In this document: in pieces, positions 35,776-44,571 of the stretch
How positions within the stretch are numbered: the first letter of the stretch is position 1
Layout of the letters: every line of letters begins with the position of its first letter
Assembly (NCBI GenBank): GCA_044376115.1
Contig: JBILLK010000007.1
Location: 160,001-224,000 of the forward strand
DNA: 64,000 nt
Reading direction: 5' to 3'
Origin: Polyangiaceae bacterium
GTDB taxonomy: Bacteria; Myxococcota_A; Polyangia; Polyangiales; Polyangiaceae
The notes under the pieces: generated by a model
What the model was told of the DNA's origin: nothing
The model's input: only the letters and a program-made list of their open reading frames with translations
Databases searched by the model: none
Position numbers and translations under genes: made by a program

Positions 35776-38468
35776 TCGATGCCTCCCACAAGCTCCGGTC
35801 CGTGCGCCGCTCGCAGCCGCATCAGCGCCGAAAGGCAGGTCTGCCATTCGCCTTTGGCGATCGAGCCGGTGAACTCTTCGAGCACCGGCGCCACGACCTT
35901 GGCGAACTCCACGTCGGCCAAGCCGAGATCCCGGACGATCTCGATCACCTGCCGTTTGGCGACGCTGGTGGACAGCTTCTTGGCGCGCGCTTGCTCCAAG
36001 CTCTCGGCCGAGCGCGTCGCTGGGATGCTGAACAGCAGGCGCCGCAAAAACGCGCGCATAGCCTCTGCGTCGCTGAAGGTCTCACCCTGCCTGAGCTTGG
36101 TTCCGCTCCGCGGCTTCCACTCGGCGGGCAGCCCGCGTGGCCGATGGCGTTGCCACAAGAGGCGCACCGCAAACAGACGCACCTCCCGGTCGGCGCTCTG
36201 CATCAGCCAGCCCAGCTTCTCGATGCCACCGATGCGCACATAGTGCTTTCGGATCAGGTCCATACCGGCGTCGCGACTCGAACGTTTGCGGCTCTCGGTC
36301 AGCGCGAAAATCTGCGCCGCATCCAGCTCCTCGACCGTCAACGCAAAGTCCGGATCGGCGTCGGGTTCACCGGCTTGGAACAGCGCTTCGTAGGCGAGGT
36401 TACGCACCTCTTTGGCGCTGGCTTCGGCCAGTTCGTACACCCGCTTGGTCGCGCCCCAGCGACGCAATTCCAGCCGCGCAATGGCTAGGCCGAAGCGCCG
36501 TACGTCGGGCCGCAGATCGAAAAGGCACGGCCAAACGCGCTCTTCACTGTACGCCGCGAGCGGGATGGCCGGCTTGATCCCGAGCGCCTTGGTCTCGGGC
36601 TCACGCTTGCCGAGCTTGGGGTGGTGGCAGCGCAAGTACAACTGCGCGAACGCTCGCACCGGCTCCGGCTCTTTGGCGCCGCGTGCGAGTTCGAACAGGC
36701 GCGCAACACCAGCGCTGACGTTGGGCTTGCCCTCGGCAAAGAGGTCCGGCTTGACCTGCGTCAGCAAGTAGCGGTGAGCCCACTCGTGTAGCGATGGGTC
36801 GGCACGGCGGGCCAACGCCAAGAGCCACGGCAGGCCTACTTCGCGCGGCTCGACGATCTTCGGATTGCCCAAGATGGTGAAGGCCACGGCTCGTTGACGC
36901 GGGTCAAATACCAGGCCGCGCAAGCGCTCGAGATCGAGCGAAGGCGGTAGCTTGTCGGCTTTGGCCAGCCACGCTCCGAGCCGCGCCGCCAAGTCCGCGC
37001 GCCGATTCATCGCCGCCAGCAGCCAATCTCCCGACGCTTGTTCGACCGGGTACTTTTCAATTTTGGTGCAGGCCAACGTGAGCACGTGGTGCGCGCGATC
37101 GAGCCGCTCATCGTCGAGCAAGCCGGTCCAGAAACTGAGCGGCAATTCGGTGGGACCAAAGCGCGCATCCAGCGTTCTTCGTGCCCAGTCGGCGGGCCCG
37201 CGGCGGTGATCGAAAAGCAGCTCGCGTAAGAAGGCTTCGCTTAGCTCGCTGCGATCGAACTCGGCGTCGAGTGTAGCTGCTGCGAACTTGTGCGTGGCTT
37301 CGATGCCGAGCAGCCGCGCCAGCGTCTCCAGCCCCAAGGCGCGCGCTGGGCGGCGCGCGGTCAGCAAGCCCACCACGAAGTCGCGCGTATCAGCGAACGC
37401 GTAGGCTGTGTTCAAGAGCTCGAGCAACTGCTCGACGGGCAGGTCCCCAGCGTGACCGCGCGCGTACTCGATCGCGTACTTGCGAGCTTTGGCGCTCGGC
37501 GAAGACAAGAGGGCCAGCACCGGCTGCTTGAGGCCTAGCTTTTCGAGGTTGCCCTGATGCAACTCGGCCGAGCCGACCAGCAGCTCGACCAAGAACTCAT
37601 GCACCGAAGCCAGCGGCCGATAAGCCAACTTGGCCAACCAATCGACGCGCAAGTTCCGCAGCGCCTCGGGATGCAGCTCGCGCAGCCCGAGCGCGCCAAA
37701 CTCGGCGGCCGCCTCGGAGCGCGCGGTTTCAAGCAGCAACTTGAGCGGCTCCGCTGAGAGCTTCCAGGCCTCGAGGTAGGGCGCACGAAATCGGAACTTC
37801 TTGGCCAACCCTTTGGGGGCGCCCCACTTCTTTGCGCCGCCCTGCATCAAGCTCTGAGCGACGTTCCCCTCGTAAGGATCCTCGCTTCGGCGCAGCACCT
37901 CCACCGCAAAGTCTACGTAAAGCTCGGGGGAGGCCTTGCCCAAAAGGCGCAAGAAGCGCGCAGCTCGCTTGCTGAGATAGCCCAGCGTGCCGCGGCTGAC
38001 GTCCCCGGTGCCCGCATGATCATCGAGAGCGTGGTCAAAGCGAACCGCCAAGGTGGCGAAGACCTCCGCGTCCAAATCCTTTTCGGCGCGCTTGTAAACG
38101 CGTTTCAGTCCGCCCCATACGCCAAACAGCAAGGGAGCTTCGGCGGCGATCGTCAGCAGCGTCGCGCGTGCAGCCGGGGTCTGACGCTCGTAAAGGTTGG
38201 TCACGAGCTCGGCCAAGCGCAGCTGGTCGGGCACATGCTCGCCGGGCTGGTTCAGCAGGCGTTGCCACGCCTCGTGTTTCTGCGTCTGGCTAGATCCGCG
38301 CAGGGCGGCGCGCAGGGCGTCGAGCGTCATCACCTCGGGCGGAAGCGGCGCAGTTTGCGCGGGCGGCGGAAGCCGTAAGAAGGCCTGAATCACTGAGGAG
38401 AGGTCCGGCGCCTCGACCTCGACCAGCCGCTTGAGATCCGCGAGCTGAATAGCTTGCTCGGTCGTCAC
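35772..38468 (-). CDS. 898-aa alpha-solenoid (HEAT/ARM-like) protein, retron-associated
   Basis: Helical, Leu/Ala/Arg-rich; 'DVRRFG', 'EVRNLA', 'EVRLFA' HEAT-like motifs; GTGA overlap with the upstream gene. Confidence 0.8.
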   Translation of the reverse strand: MTTEQAIQLADLKRLVEVEAPDLSSVIQAFLRLPPPAQTAPLPPEVMTLDALRAALRGSSQTQKHEAWQRLLNQPGEHVPDQLRLAELVTNLYERQTPAARATLLTIAAEAPLLFGVWGGLKRVYKRAEKDLDAEVFATLAVRFDHALDDHAGTGDVSRGTLGYLSKRAARFLRLLGKASPELYVDFAVEVLRRSEDPYEGNVAQSLMQGGAKKWGAPKGLAKKFRFRAPYLEAWKLSAEPLKLLLETARSEAAAEFGALGLRELHPEALRNLRVDWLAKLAYRPLASVHEFLVELLVGSAELHQGNLEKLGLKQPVLALLSSPSAKARKYAIEYARGHAGDLPVEQLLELLNTAYAFADTRDFVVGLLTARRPARALGLETLARLLGIEATHKFAAATLDAEFDRSELSEAFLRELLFDHRRGPADWARRTLDARFGPTELPLSFWTGLLDDERLDRAHHVLTLACTKIEKYPVEQASGDWLLAAMNRRADLAARLGAWLAKADKLPPSLDLERLRGLVFDPRQRAVAFTILGNPKIVEPREVGLPWLLALARRADPSLHEWAHRYLLTQVKPDLFAEGKPNVSAGVARLFELARGAKEPEPVRAFAQLYLRCHHPKLGKREPETKALGIKPAIPLAAYSEERVWPCLFDLRPDVRRFGLAIARLELRRWGATKRVYELAEASAKEVRNLAYEALFQAGEPDADPDFALTVEELDAAQIFALTESRKRSSRDAGMDLIRKHYVRIGGIEKLGWLMQSADREVRLFAVRLLWQRHRPRGLPAEWKPRSGTKLRQGETFSDAEAMRAFLRRLLFSIPATRSAESLEQARAKKLSTSVAKRQVIEIVRDLGLADVEFAKVVAPVLEEFTGSIAKGEWQTCLSALMRLRAAHGPELVGGIE

Positions 38469-39610
38469 ACTACCTCCGCCAAACGGGCTTTCAGCACCGC
38501 GTCATTGCCCGGTCGCAGCCCCGCGCGAAAGCCGGAGATACCGCCCGCCTCTGGCTTTAGCGCAGGCTCCAAGAAGGGCCGAATACGCGCGAACCAGCGC
38601 TGAAACGCGCCTGCGCTGAGCTTGCGGTTCACCAGCGCGATGCCGACGTGTATCCCGACCTCCGGATCGCGCGTGGCCTCCAAGCTCGCCGCGAGCACGC
38701 CGATCGTCGGGGTCAGCGCCGCATCGAGCACCTTCGCCCGCCAGCTGAGCACCACCCGCTCGAACGAGCGCGCGTCACAAACCCAAAGCACCGTGAGCGC
38801 GTCCTCGAGCGCGAGCCCCTTCGGCTTTGCAACCAACGCCATCAGCCGATCCAGCGCCTGCTCCACGGCAGGCGCTGGGCTCGCAACCTCGAGCGCGCGC
38901 CGCGCTCGCTTGGCGAGCCGTGCAACCTTCCAACTGCGCCCGCCGACCGCCTTCTCCAACGCTTCGAGCGCAGCGATCGCCTTCGGGTTCGTCTCGGGGC
39001 CAGCGGCCCGCTCGCGCCGGCGGGCTGGTAAGCGGGGTGCTACCGGCTGCTCTTCCGGCTCAATCGGCGCCGTAGCGAAGCCGCGTCGGCGAGGAGCTTT
39101 GGGCTCATCGTCGTCGTCGTCATCCGCGTCGTCGTCATCCGCGTCGTCGTCATCCGCGTCGTCGTCATCCGCGTCGTCGTCATCCGCGTCATCGTCGCCG
39201 TCGCCGGCCTCGTCGTCGTCGTCGCCGGCCTCGTCGTCGTCGTCGCCGGCCTCGTCGTCGTCGCCGGCCTCGTCGTCGTCGCCGGCCTCGTCGTCGTCGC
39301 CGGCCTCGTCGTCGTCGCCGGCCTCGTCGTCGTCGCCGGCCTCGTCGTCGTCGCCGGCCTCGTCGTCGCCAGCTTCCTCTTCCTCTTCCTCAGGCTCTTC
39401 TTCTTCGGCCTCAGGGTCCTCGAAGCCTTCTTCCAGCTTCTCGGCCAGTCGCAGCTCGAGCTCTCGCTCGGCTTCGGCTTGGGTCTTGAACTTCTTGAGC
39501 TTGGTGTGGCCCGCCGAGCCGATTTTTCCGAAGCGGTAGCAGAAGATCAAACCGTCTTTGATCCACGCTTCCCAGAACTTCTCTTCATCAGCGTTCTCGA
39601 GGCGGCGCAT
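38465..39610 (-). CDS. WGR-domain protein with long poly-acidic repeat tract; first gene of the retron operon
   Basis: N-terminal 'KFWEAW...RFGKIGSAG...EKLEEGF'; about 105 residues that are mostly D/E; helical C-terminal domain. Confidence 0.85.
   Translation of the reverse strand: MRRLENADEEKFWEAWIKDGLIFCYRFGKIGSAGHTKLKKFKTQAEAERELELRLAEKLEEGFEDPEAEEEEPEEEEEEAGDDEAGDDDEAGDDDEAGDDDEAGDDDEAGDDDEAGDDDEAGDDDDEAGDDDDEAGDGDDDADDDDADDDDADDDDADDDDADDDDDDEPKAPRRRGFATAPIEPEEQPVAPRLPARRRERAAGPETNPKAIAALEALEKAVGGRSWKVARLAKRARRALEVASPAPAVEQALDRLMALVAKPKGLALEDALTVLWVCDARSFERVVLSWRAKVLDAALTPTIGVLAASLEATRDPEVGIHVGIALVNRKLSAGAFQRWFARIRPFLEPALKPEAGGISGFRAGLRPGNDAVLKARLAEVV
39105..39420. repeat. Coding tandem repeats (15-bp ADDDD and 18/21-bp EAGDDD(D) units)
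   Basis: catccgcgtcgtcgt x4 plus a variant (39121-39195); gccggcctcgtcgtcgtc-type units about x9 (39203-39370). Confidence 0.9.
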
Positions 39611-39691
39611 CGCGGGCGAAGCATGCACGACGCAGCAGGGCCTGCGCAATAGGCGGCGAACAGACGCACGTTCGCCGCAGCCATTGGCCGA

Positions 39692-40177
39692 TCAGCGGAA
39701 CCGCTTGTCGAGCTTGTTGAGCTGGCTGGTGAAGCCTTGTTGCTGCATTTTCGTGAAGTCGTCGCTGTGCAGCCGATCGAGCGTGACGACCATCTGAACC
39801 GAGCGGCCCACGGCATGGAACTCGACAGCGATGTTGCTCTCGTACGCCGACACCCCGGGTAGGAAGTCGATTAGGTTGGTCAGCACCAGACGCTGATGCA
39901 CCTTCACCTCGGTGAAGCGCGAGCGTGTCGGGTGGGACACCGGCTGACCCATCTGCTTCATCGCCGCGATCATCTCGCTCGAGTCGGCGAACATGTCGTA
40001 GTGAAGGACGCCGCCAACGTGCGCTTCAAGTGTGTGCACTTCCACGCGGAAGCCTTCGGGGCCCCACCACGACTCAAAGCCTGCTTTGGTCGTCCACAAG
40101 TCCCAGACGTCCTCAATGCGGGCTCGATAGGTGCGCTCGATGACGATCTTCGACTCGTTCCTAGGGTCGCTCTTCAA
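39692..40177 (-). CDS. SRPBCC/AHSA1-like domain protein
   Basis: 'IVIERTY...VWDLWT...WWGPEG'; TTG start overlapping the ArsR stop (TTGA). Confidence 0.85.
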   Translation of the reverse strand: MKSDPRNESKIVIERTYRARIEDVWDLWTTKAGFESWWGPEGFRVEVHTLEAHVGGVLHYDMFADSSEMIAAMKQMGQPVSHPTRSRFTEVKVHQRLVLTNLIDFLPGVSAYESNIAVEFHAVGRSVQMVVTLDRLHSDDFTKMQQQGFTSQLNKLDKRFR

Positions 40178-40515
40178 TTTCGTTTGCTCCGCTGTTTCGG
40201 TCGGTTGGTTTGTTTTCGCTCGAGGGCAGCTCCAAACCGATCGAGCCGCGCCTCCCAAAGGTTGCGGTAGCCAGCGAGCCAGCCATCGAGCTCGCGAAAG
40301 GGCTCGGGGTTGAGCGAATAGAGCCGCCTCTGGCCGTCCGGGCGCATCGAAACGAAGCCTGCCTCGCTCAGGATGCGCAGGTGCCGCGAGACGCCCGACT
40401 GGTGAACGCCGGCCTTCTCCACGATGTCCCCGACCTGTTGTTCACCTTGGCGCAGCGACTCCACGATGCTGCGGCGCGTTGGGTCGGCGAGCGTCTGAAA
40501 GACGTCGAGATGCAT
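40174..40515 (-). CDS. ArsR/SmtB family transcriptional regulator
   Basis: 'FQTLADPTRRSI...QSGVSRHLRIL...GQRRLYSL'. Confidence 0.92.
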   Translation of the reverse strand: MHLDVFQTLADPTRRSIVESLRQGEQQVGDIVEKAGVHQSGVSRHLRILSEAGFVSMRPDGQRRLYSLNPEPFRELDGWLAGYRNLWEARLDRFGAALERKQTNRPKQRSKRN

Positions 40516-40521
40516 ATGGGA

Positions 40522-40545
40522 ATATATGCACCATGGTGTATATAT
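40522..40545. promoter_or_regulatory. Palindromic operator, probably for ArsR autoregulation
   Basis: atatatgcaccatggtgtatatat: 24-bp AT-rich palindrome with one mismatched pair, ending 6 bp upstream of the ArsR ATG. Confidence 0.7.
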
Positions 40546-40595
40546 ATGCCAGCGCAAACGCCCACTTGGGTCGGCAGCGGCGCGGAAGTTGCGCG

Positions 40596-43500
40596 CTAGC
40601 GCTCCGTTACCGTGCCCAAGTCCACATCCCCCCGATCCGATTGGATCACGAAGGGCCGGTCTTCGATGCGGATATTGCCTTTGCCGTCGTGCCGCACGAC
40701 CTGAAGTTTGCCCATACCGAAGCCCATCACGCCACGGGAGTAGTAGTTGGCCCGCAGCTGGTAGGGAAAGCCCCGCGCTGCACCGGGGATCACGAAGCCC
40801 TCCGGTCCGTAGCCGGTGGTCACGTCGGCAACCAACGCGCCGCCGGAGGCGAGCTCCTTGTGCTGGTAGCTCGCGTGCTCACCAAACGCGTCGGTTACGT
40901 GCAGGTCCACGTCGTTGGCGTCGGTCTCCCACGAAAGCACGAAGCGGATGCTCGGCGTCTCGTCGACGGTGAGCTGCAGGCGCGTGAGGCGAGCTCGAAT
41001 AGCCTCTGCCTGCTCCGGGGCTTTGCGCAGCCACGCGGCGGCGACCACGGCGGCGTCCTGCCGCAGTACCGTGAGAACGCCCGCATAGCGGCCTTCCGGG
41101 AGCTGCATCGTCAAGGCCTTCTCCAACGTCTCGAAGGCGCGCGACGGCTCTCCAGCTTTGAGCTGTGCGTACGCGAGCAAGCGATGGCCAGAGGGATGGT
41201 CCGGTCGGTCGAGTACGGCTGAAGCCAGCGCCACCTCGGCGACGTCGAGCGCAGCCTCGGTACCAACGCGCTCGAGCCGTTGAGCCGCGAAGCGTTTCAT
41301 CTCGACGCGATACGACCAAAGATCGAGCAACGATCCATAGGCTCGCGCTGCCAGCCGTGGCCGCCCGGTCGCCTCGGCCGCTTCGCCGACGGCCACGAAG
41401 GCGAGCACCTCGGTCGGGGAGTCGGCCGAGTAGCGGAGGGCCTCCTCGAGCGCAGCCTCGCCCTGCTTTTCCGCGAGCTGATCCATCACCCGCTTGAAGC
41501 GGCCCGTAAAGGGACTCAAAGGAACGGCCGGGTCGGGCGTTGCGACTTGGGGCGGCGCCTGGATCGCGGCCGGAGGTGCTGCGGCGACCCCATCCGATGG
41601 CCCGATATTGTTGAACGAGCCGTCGGGGCTGAGCATGATCGGGAACACCACATTGACGCTCCCCACCTCGGGCTCTGGGAAGCGCAACCCCATGAACGCG
41701 CGCGCGATGCAACTCTCGACTGCGGATGAGTCAAGGGTGGTGGATTGAACCTGCGCGTTGTGCGTGGTGCCGTCGGGGCCAATCGTGAACTTGACGCTGA
41801 CACGACCCGCAAGGGTTGGCCGCTCCCTCAATCCCCGCTCGTAGCAGAGTCGGAATCGGCCAAAGTTCTGTCGTACGATTCGTTGAATCACTTCGGGCGG
41901 AAGCCGCCCAGAGACCGAGGTCCCACCCATACGGAGCGAGGGCCGCGGGCTTTGATGTGCGCCGTTCAGTTGGCCCGCGCCAGCGCCGAACCCAGCGCCA
42001 TGCCCGATGGTGCCGATGTTACCGAGCCCGATGCCTTCTCCGCGCCCACCACCGCCTTCAGCGACGCCGCTCAAGCCCAGGCCGCCGGCGCCTAACGCGT
42101 CGCCAACCTCGCTACCCCAAAGGTTACCGCTCGCCGATACCGGCTCGTCGGTAGGTGGCGTACCCCAAGGGGCCGTGGGCCCGAGTGGATCGGCTTGCGA
42201 AGGCAGCGAAGGCAGGCGTGCGACAGTCCCTGGTTTGTCGCCAAGGTCGACGCGGCTGCCGCGCTCGGTTCGGATGACGTTGCCGTCTACCACCAGCACA
42301 TCGACGGTGGCCGTGCGGTCAATGCCAAAGCGGGCGTAATCGTCGTTGCGCTCGAGTACCACCATCGCAGTCTGCTTGGAGAGCACGCGATGCTTGGTCG
42401 AGAGGTTGATGATGCGCTTCTTGACGTTCTCGTCCTGCGTGGCCTCACGCTCCAAGTCGGCGATCTCGACCACGGCCTGCGCGCGTTCCAAGAGCTGCTT
42501 GGAATTGGACGGCGTTACCGCGACCACCCGTCGTTCATCACCCACCTTCACCGTGAGGCTGTCTCCGCTGAGCGCTTGGTCGAGTTTGGCAAAGACAACG
42601 AACTCGTCACCAGGCAGCGCGCCGCTAAGAGTCTTCGGCGATTGCCAGTTAGCGCCGGCGATCGCGAGCTTCAGGTCGGGCAGCGGCTTCTGCGAAAGCT
42701 TGCGTGCAAGTAGGCCCGGGTCATTCGCGAGGTCGAGGGCGATCCCGTTCTCGGCGCCACCCTCGGTGAGGCCGGCGAGGATGGCCCCGTCGCGCAGTCC
42801 ACCAATCGCGAGCGTATCGATCCTGCGTACGCCCGCTTGTTTCAGGCCGTTCGCGATCACACCGAGTTCAGCGGCCGAGGCCGCGCCGCTGGAGGCGATG
42901 CCGTCGGAGAGCACCACCACGCGCGAGAGCTGCAGCGGGCGCGCCGCGTCTTTGGCGAACGCGATGGCTTTGCCGACGTCGCTCGCCCCCAATGCCTGCC
43001 GACGTCGCAGCCCCTCGACGGCGGCCTCATCGAAGGCGCTCGCGTTGCCATTGAACAAGAGGTCCACCTCTTGATCGAAGGCAGCCACGGCGATGTGCGC
43101 GTCGCTTGGAAACGCCCGTATCAACGCCTGAAGTTGCTTCAGCTCGAGTTCAAGATCGAGGGCACGGCCGGCGCTCGTGTCCACCAGGAAGAGCACGTCT
43201 GCGAGCGGATCGGTCGTGGCTGCGCCCTCCGGAACGACCCCGCGCACGACCACCATGTCGCTATGAAAGACGCCGAGCTCTCGCTTCAGCGAGCCGGCTG
43301 GAAGGACGAGGTCCGAGCTGGGTTGGAACTGCGTTTCGGTGCGGCCAAGCAGCAGTTTGCCGTTCGCGCTGACGCTCACGTTCAGCTCTCCAACTTTGGG
43401 CAAGCCAGCCAGCCGAATTCGCAGCGGGTGCGCCTCGTCAATCACCTCGGCATAGGTGATCACCAACTCCTTTTTTGCCTTTCCGGGAATGGGAAAGACC

Positions 43501-44021
43501 CGTGCAGAGAACTGATTGCCGGCGCCTTGTTCGAGCAAGGCCGGGTCTTTGCGTTGGTGAAGAAAGCTCTCGTAGCTCTGGCGGGCGCGCTGCTTCTCGA
43601 CGACTTCGCCTTCCTGCCAAACGCCCTCGATCTTCATCGCGAAGCGGCTGACTGAGGCGCCCTCGGGTAGGGTGATCGCGAAACGGCCCTCGCGGACGCG
43701 GTCTTCGGGGTTCTCGAAGGAGAGCGCGAGTTCGGTGAGCGCGAGCGGCCCCTCGACGACCGTTCGCGAGCGCATCGAGGCGAGTGTGAGACCGCTGCCG
43801 TCGGAGGAGGTGAGGGCGAAGGGAGCCTCCGTTTTGCTGCCGCGCTTCACGGCTGGGGGCGGAGCCTCGCTCGCGAGGGAGGCCGGAATTGCCAACGGTT
43901 CGTTGGCAGATGCTCTTGGGTGGCCCAGGGTGGGGGAGCTCGAGGGCGGTGCATCCAAGACCGAACAGGCGCCTTGAAGGGCGAGGAGAAGCAGCGGGCC
44001 GTAGGTTCGACGAGGGCGCAT
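40596..44021 (-). CDS. VIT-vWA lipoprotein with AgmX/PglI(TonB_C-like), TPR and DUF2135/YfaP-like domains
   Basis: LQGAC lipobox; VIT 'FENP...EGRF...LP...DPALLEQ'; vWA 'LVDTSA', 'LSDG'; 'IQRIVRQN..RFRLCYE..L...L.GRV.V.F.I'; 'LSWETDANDVDLHV...DVTTGYGPE'. Confidence 0.85.
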   Translation of the reverse strand: MRPRRTYGPLLLLALQGACSVLDAPPSSSPTLGHPRASANEPLAIPASLASEAPPPAVKRGSKTEAPFALTSSDGSGLTLASMRSRTVVEGPLALTELALSFENPEDRVREGRFAITLPEGASVSRFAMKIEGVWQEGEVVEKQRARQSYESFLHQRKDPALLEQGAGNQFSARVFPIPGKAKKELVITYAEVIDEAHPLRIRLAGLPKVGELNVSVSANGKLLLGRTETQFQPSSDLVLPAGSLKRELGVFHSDMVVVRGVVPEGAATTDPLADVLFLVDTSAGRALDLELELKQLQALIRAFPSDAHIAVAAFDQEVDLLFNGNASAFDEAAVEGLRRRQALGASDVGKAIAFAKDAARPLQLSRVVVLSDGIASSGAASAAELGVIANGLKQAGVRRIDTLAIGGLRDGAILAGLTEGGAENGIALDLANDPGLLARKLSQKPLPDLKLAIAGANWQSPKTLSGALPGDEFVVFAKLDQALSGDSLTVKVGDERRVVAVTPSNSKQLLERAQAVVEIADLEREATQDENVKKRIINLSTKHRVLSKQTAMVVLERNDDYARFGIDRTATVDVLVVDGNVIRTERGSRVDLGDKPGTVARLPSLPSQADPLGPTAPWGTPPTDEPVSASGNLWGSEVGDALGAGGLGLSGVAEGGGGRGEGIGLGNIGTIGHGAGFGAGAGQLNGAHQSPRPSLRMGGTSVSGRLPPEVIQRIVRQNFGRFRLCYERGLRERPTLAGRVSVKFTIGPDGTTHNAQVQSTTLDSSAVESCIARAFMGLRFPEPEVGSVNVVFPIMLSPDGSFNNIGPSDGVAAAPPAAIQAPPQVATPDPAVPLSPFTGRFKRVMDQLAEKQGEAALEEALRYSADSPTEVLAFVAVGEAAEATGRPRLAARAYGSLLDLWSYRVEMKRFAAQRLERVGTEAALDVAEVALASAVLDRPDHPSGHRLLAYAQLKAGEPSRAFETLEKALTMQLPEGRYAGVLTVLRQDAAVVAAAWLRKAPEQAEAIRARLTRLQLTVDETPSIRFVLSWETDANDVDLHVTDAFGEHASYQHKELASGGALVADVTTGYGPEGFVIPGAARGFPYQLRANYYSRGVMGFGMGKLQVVRHDGKGNIRIEDRPFVIQSDRGDVDLGTVTER

Positions 44022-44088
44022 GGGGGGCTATGACCTCCAAACTCGGGGAAGGTTCCCGCAAGCTGAAAAGCATGCGTACGCTCCCGGC

Positions 44089-44523
44089 ATGTCGCTTGAC
44101 GCTAGCTCTCGGGCGCTGCTCCTCCCGGTCGCCGCGCTGGTCGCGTGGACCTTTGTCATGTGGACGTGGATGTACGTCACGCGGATCCCAGCCATCTTGA
44201 GCGCCAAGATGAAGCTCGATCCAACGGCCCCGCGGGGCGAGCAGATGGCGCAGCTACCACCGCACGTGCGCTGGAAGGCCGACAACTACAACCATCTGAT
44301 GGAGATGCCGACGCTGTTCTACGCCATCGCCATCGTGATGGCGCTCTCCGGTGGGGCGACCGCGAGCGACGCGTTGATCGCTTGGGCCTACGTCGGCCTG
44401 CGCGTGATTCACAGCGTCTTGCAAGCCACCGTGAACAAGATCGAAGTGCGATTTAGCCTGTTCTTGCTCTCCTCGATCGTGCTCATCGTGCTGACCGTGC
44501 GCACGCTGCTCGTGCTGGTTTGA
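44089..44523 (+). CDS. MAPEG family membrane protein
   Basis: 'ADNYNHLMEMPTLFYA', 'AWAYVGLRVIHS'. Confidence 0.88.
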   Translation: MSLDASSRALLLPVAALVAWTFVMWTWMYVTRIPAILSAKMKLDPTAPRGEQMAQLPPHVRWKADNYNHLMEMPTLFYAIAIVMALSGGATASDALIAWAYVGLRVIHSVLQATVNKIEVRFSLFLLSSIVLIVLTVRTLLVLV

Positions 44524-44571
44524 CCGGGCGGGTCGCGCAAAGGCCGCGCGCCTACCCAAGCCGTGACCCGT

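Noticed and set aside
39105..39420. Possible CRISPR array
   Set aside because: The repeats are contiguous without spacers, stay in frame within a CDS, and no cas genes are present.
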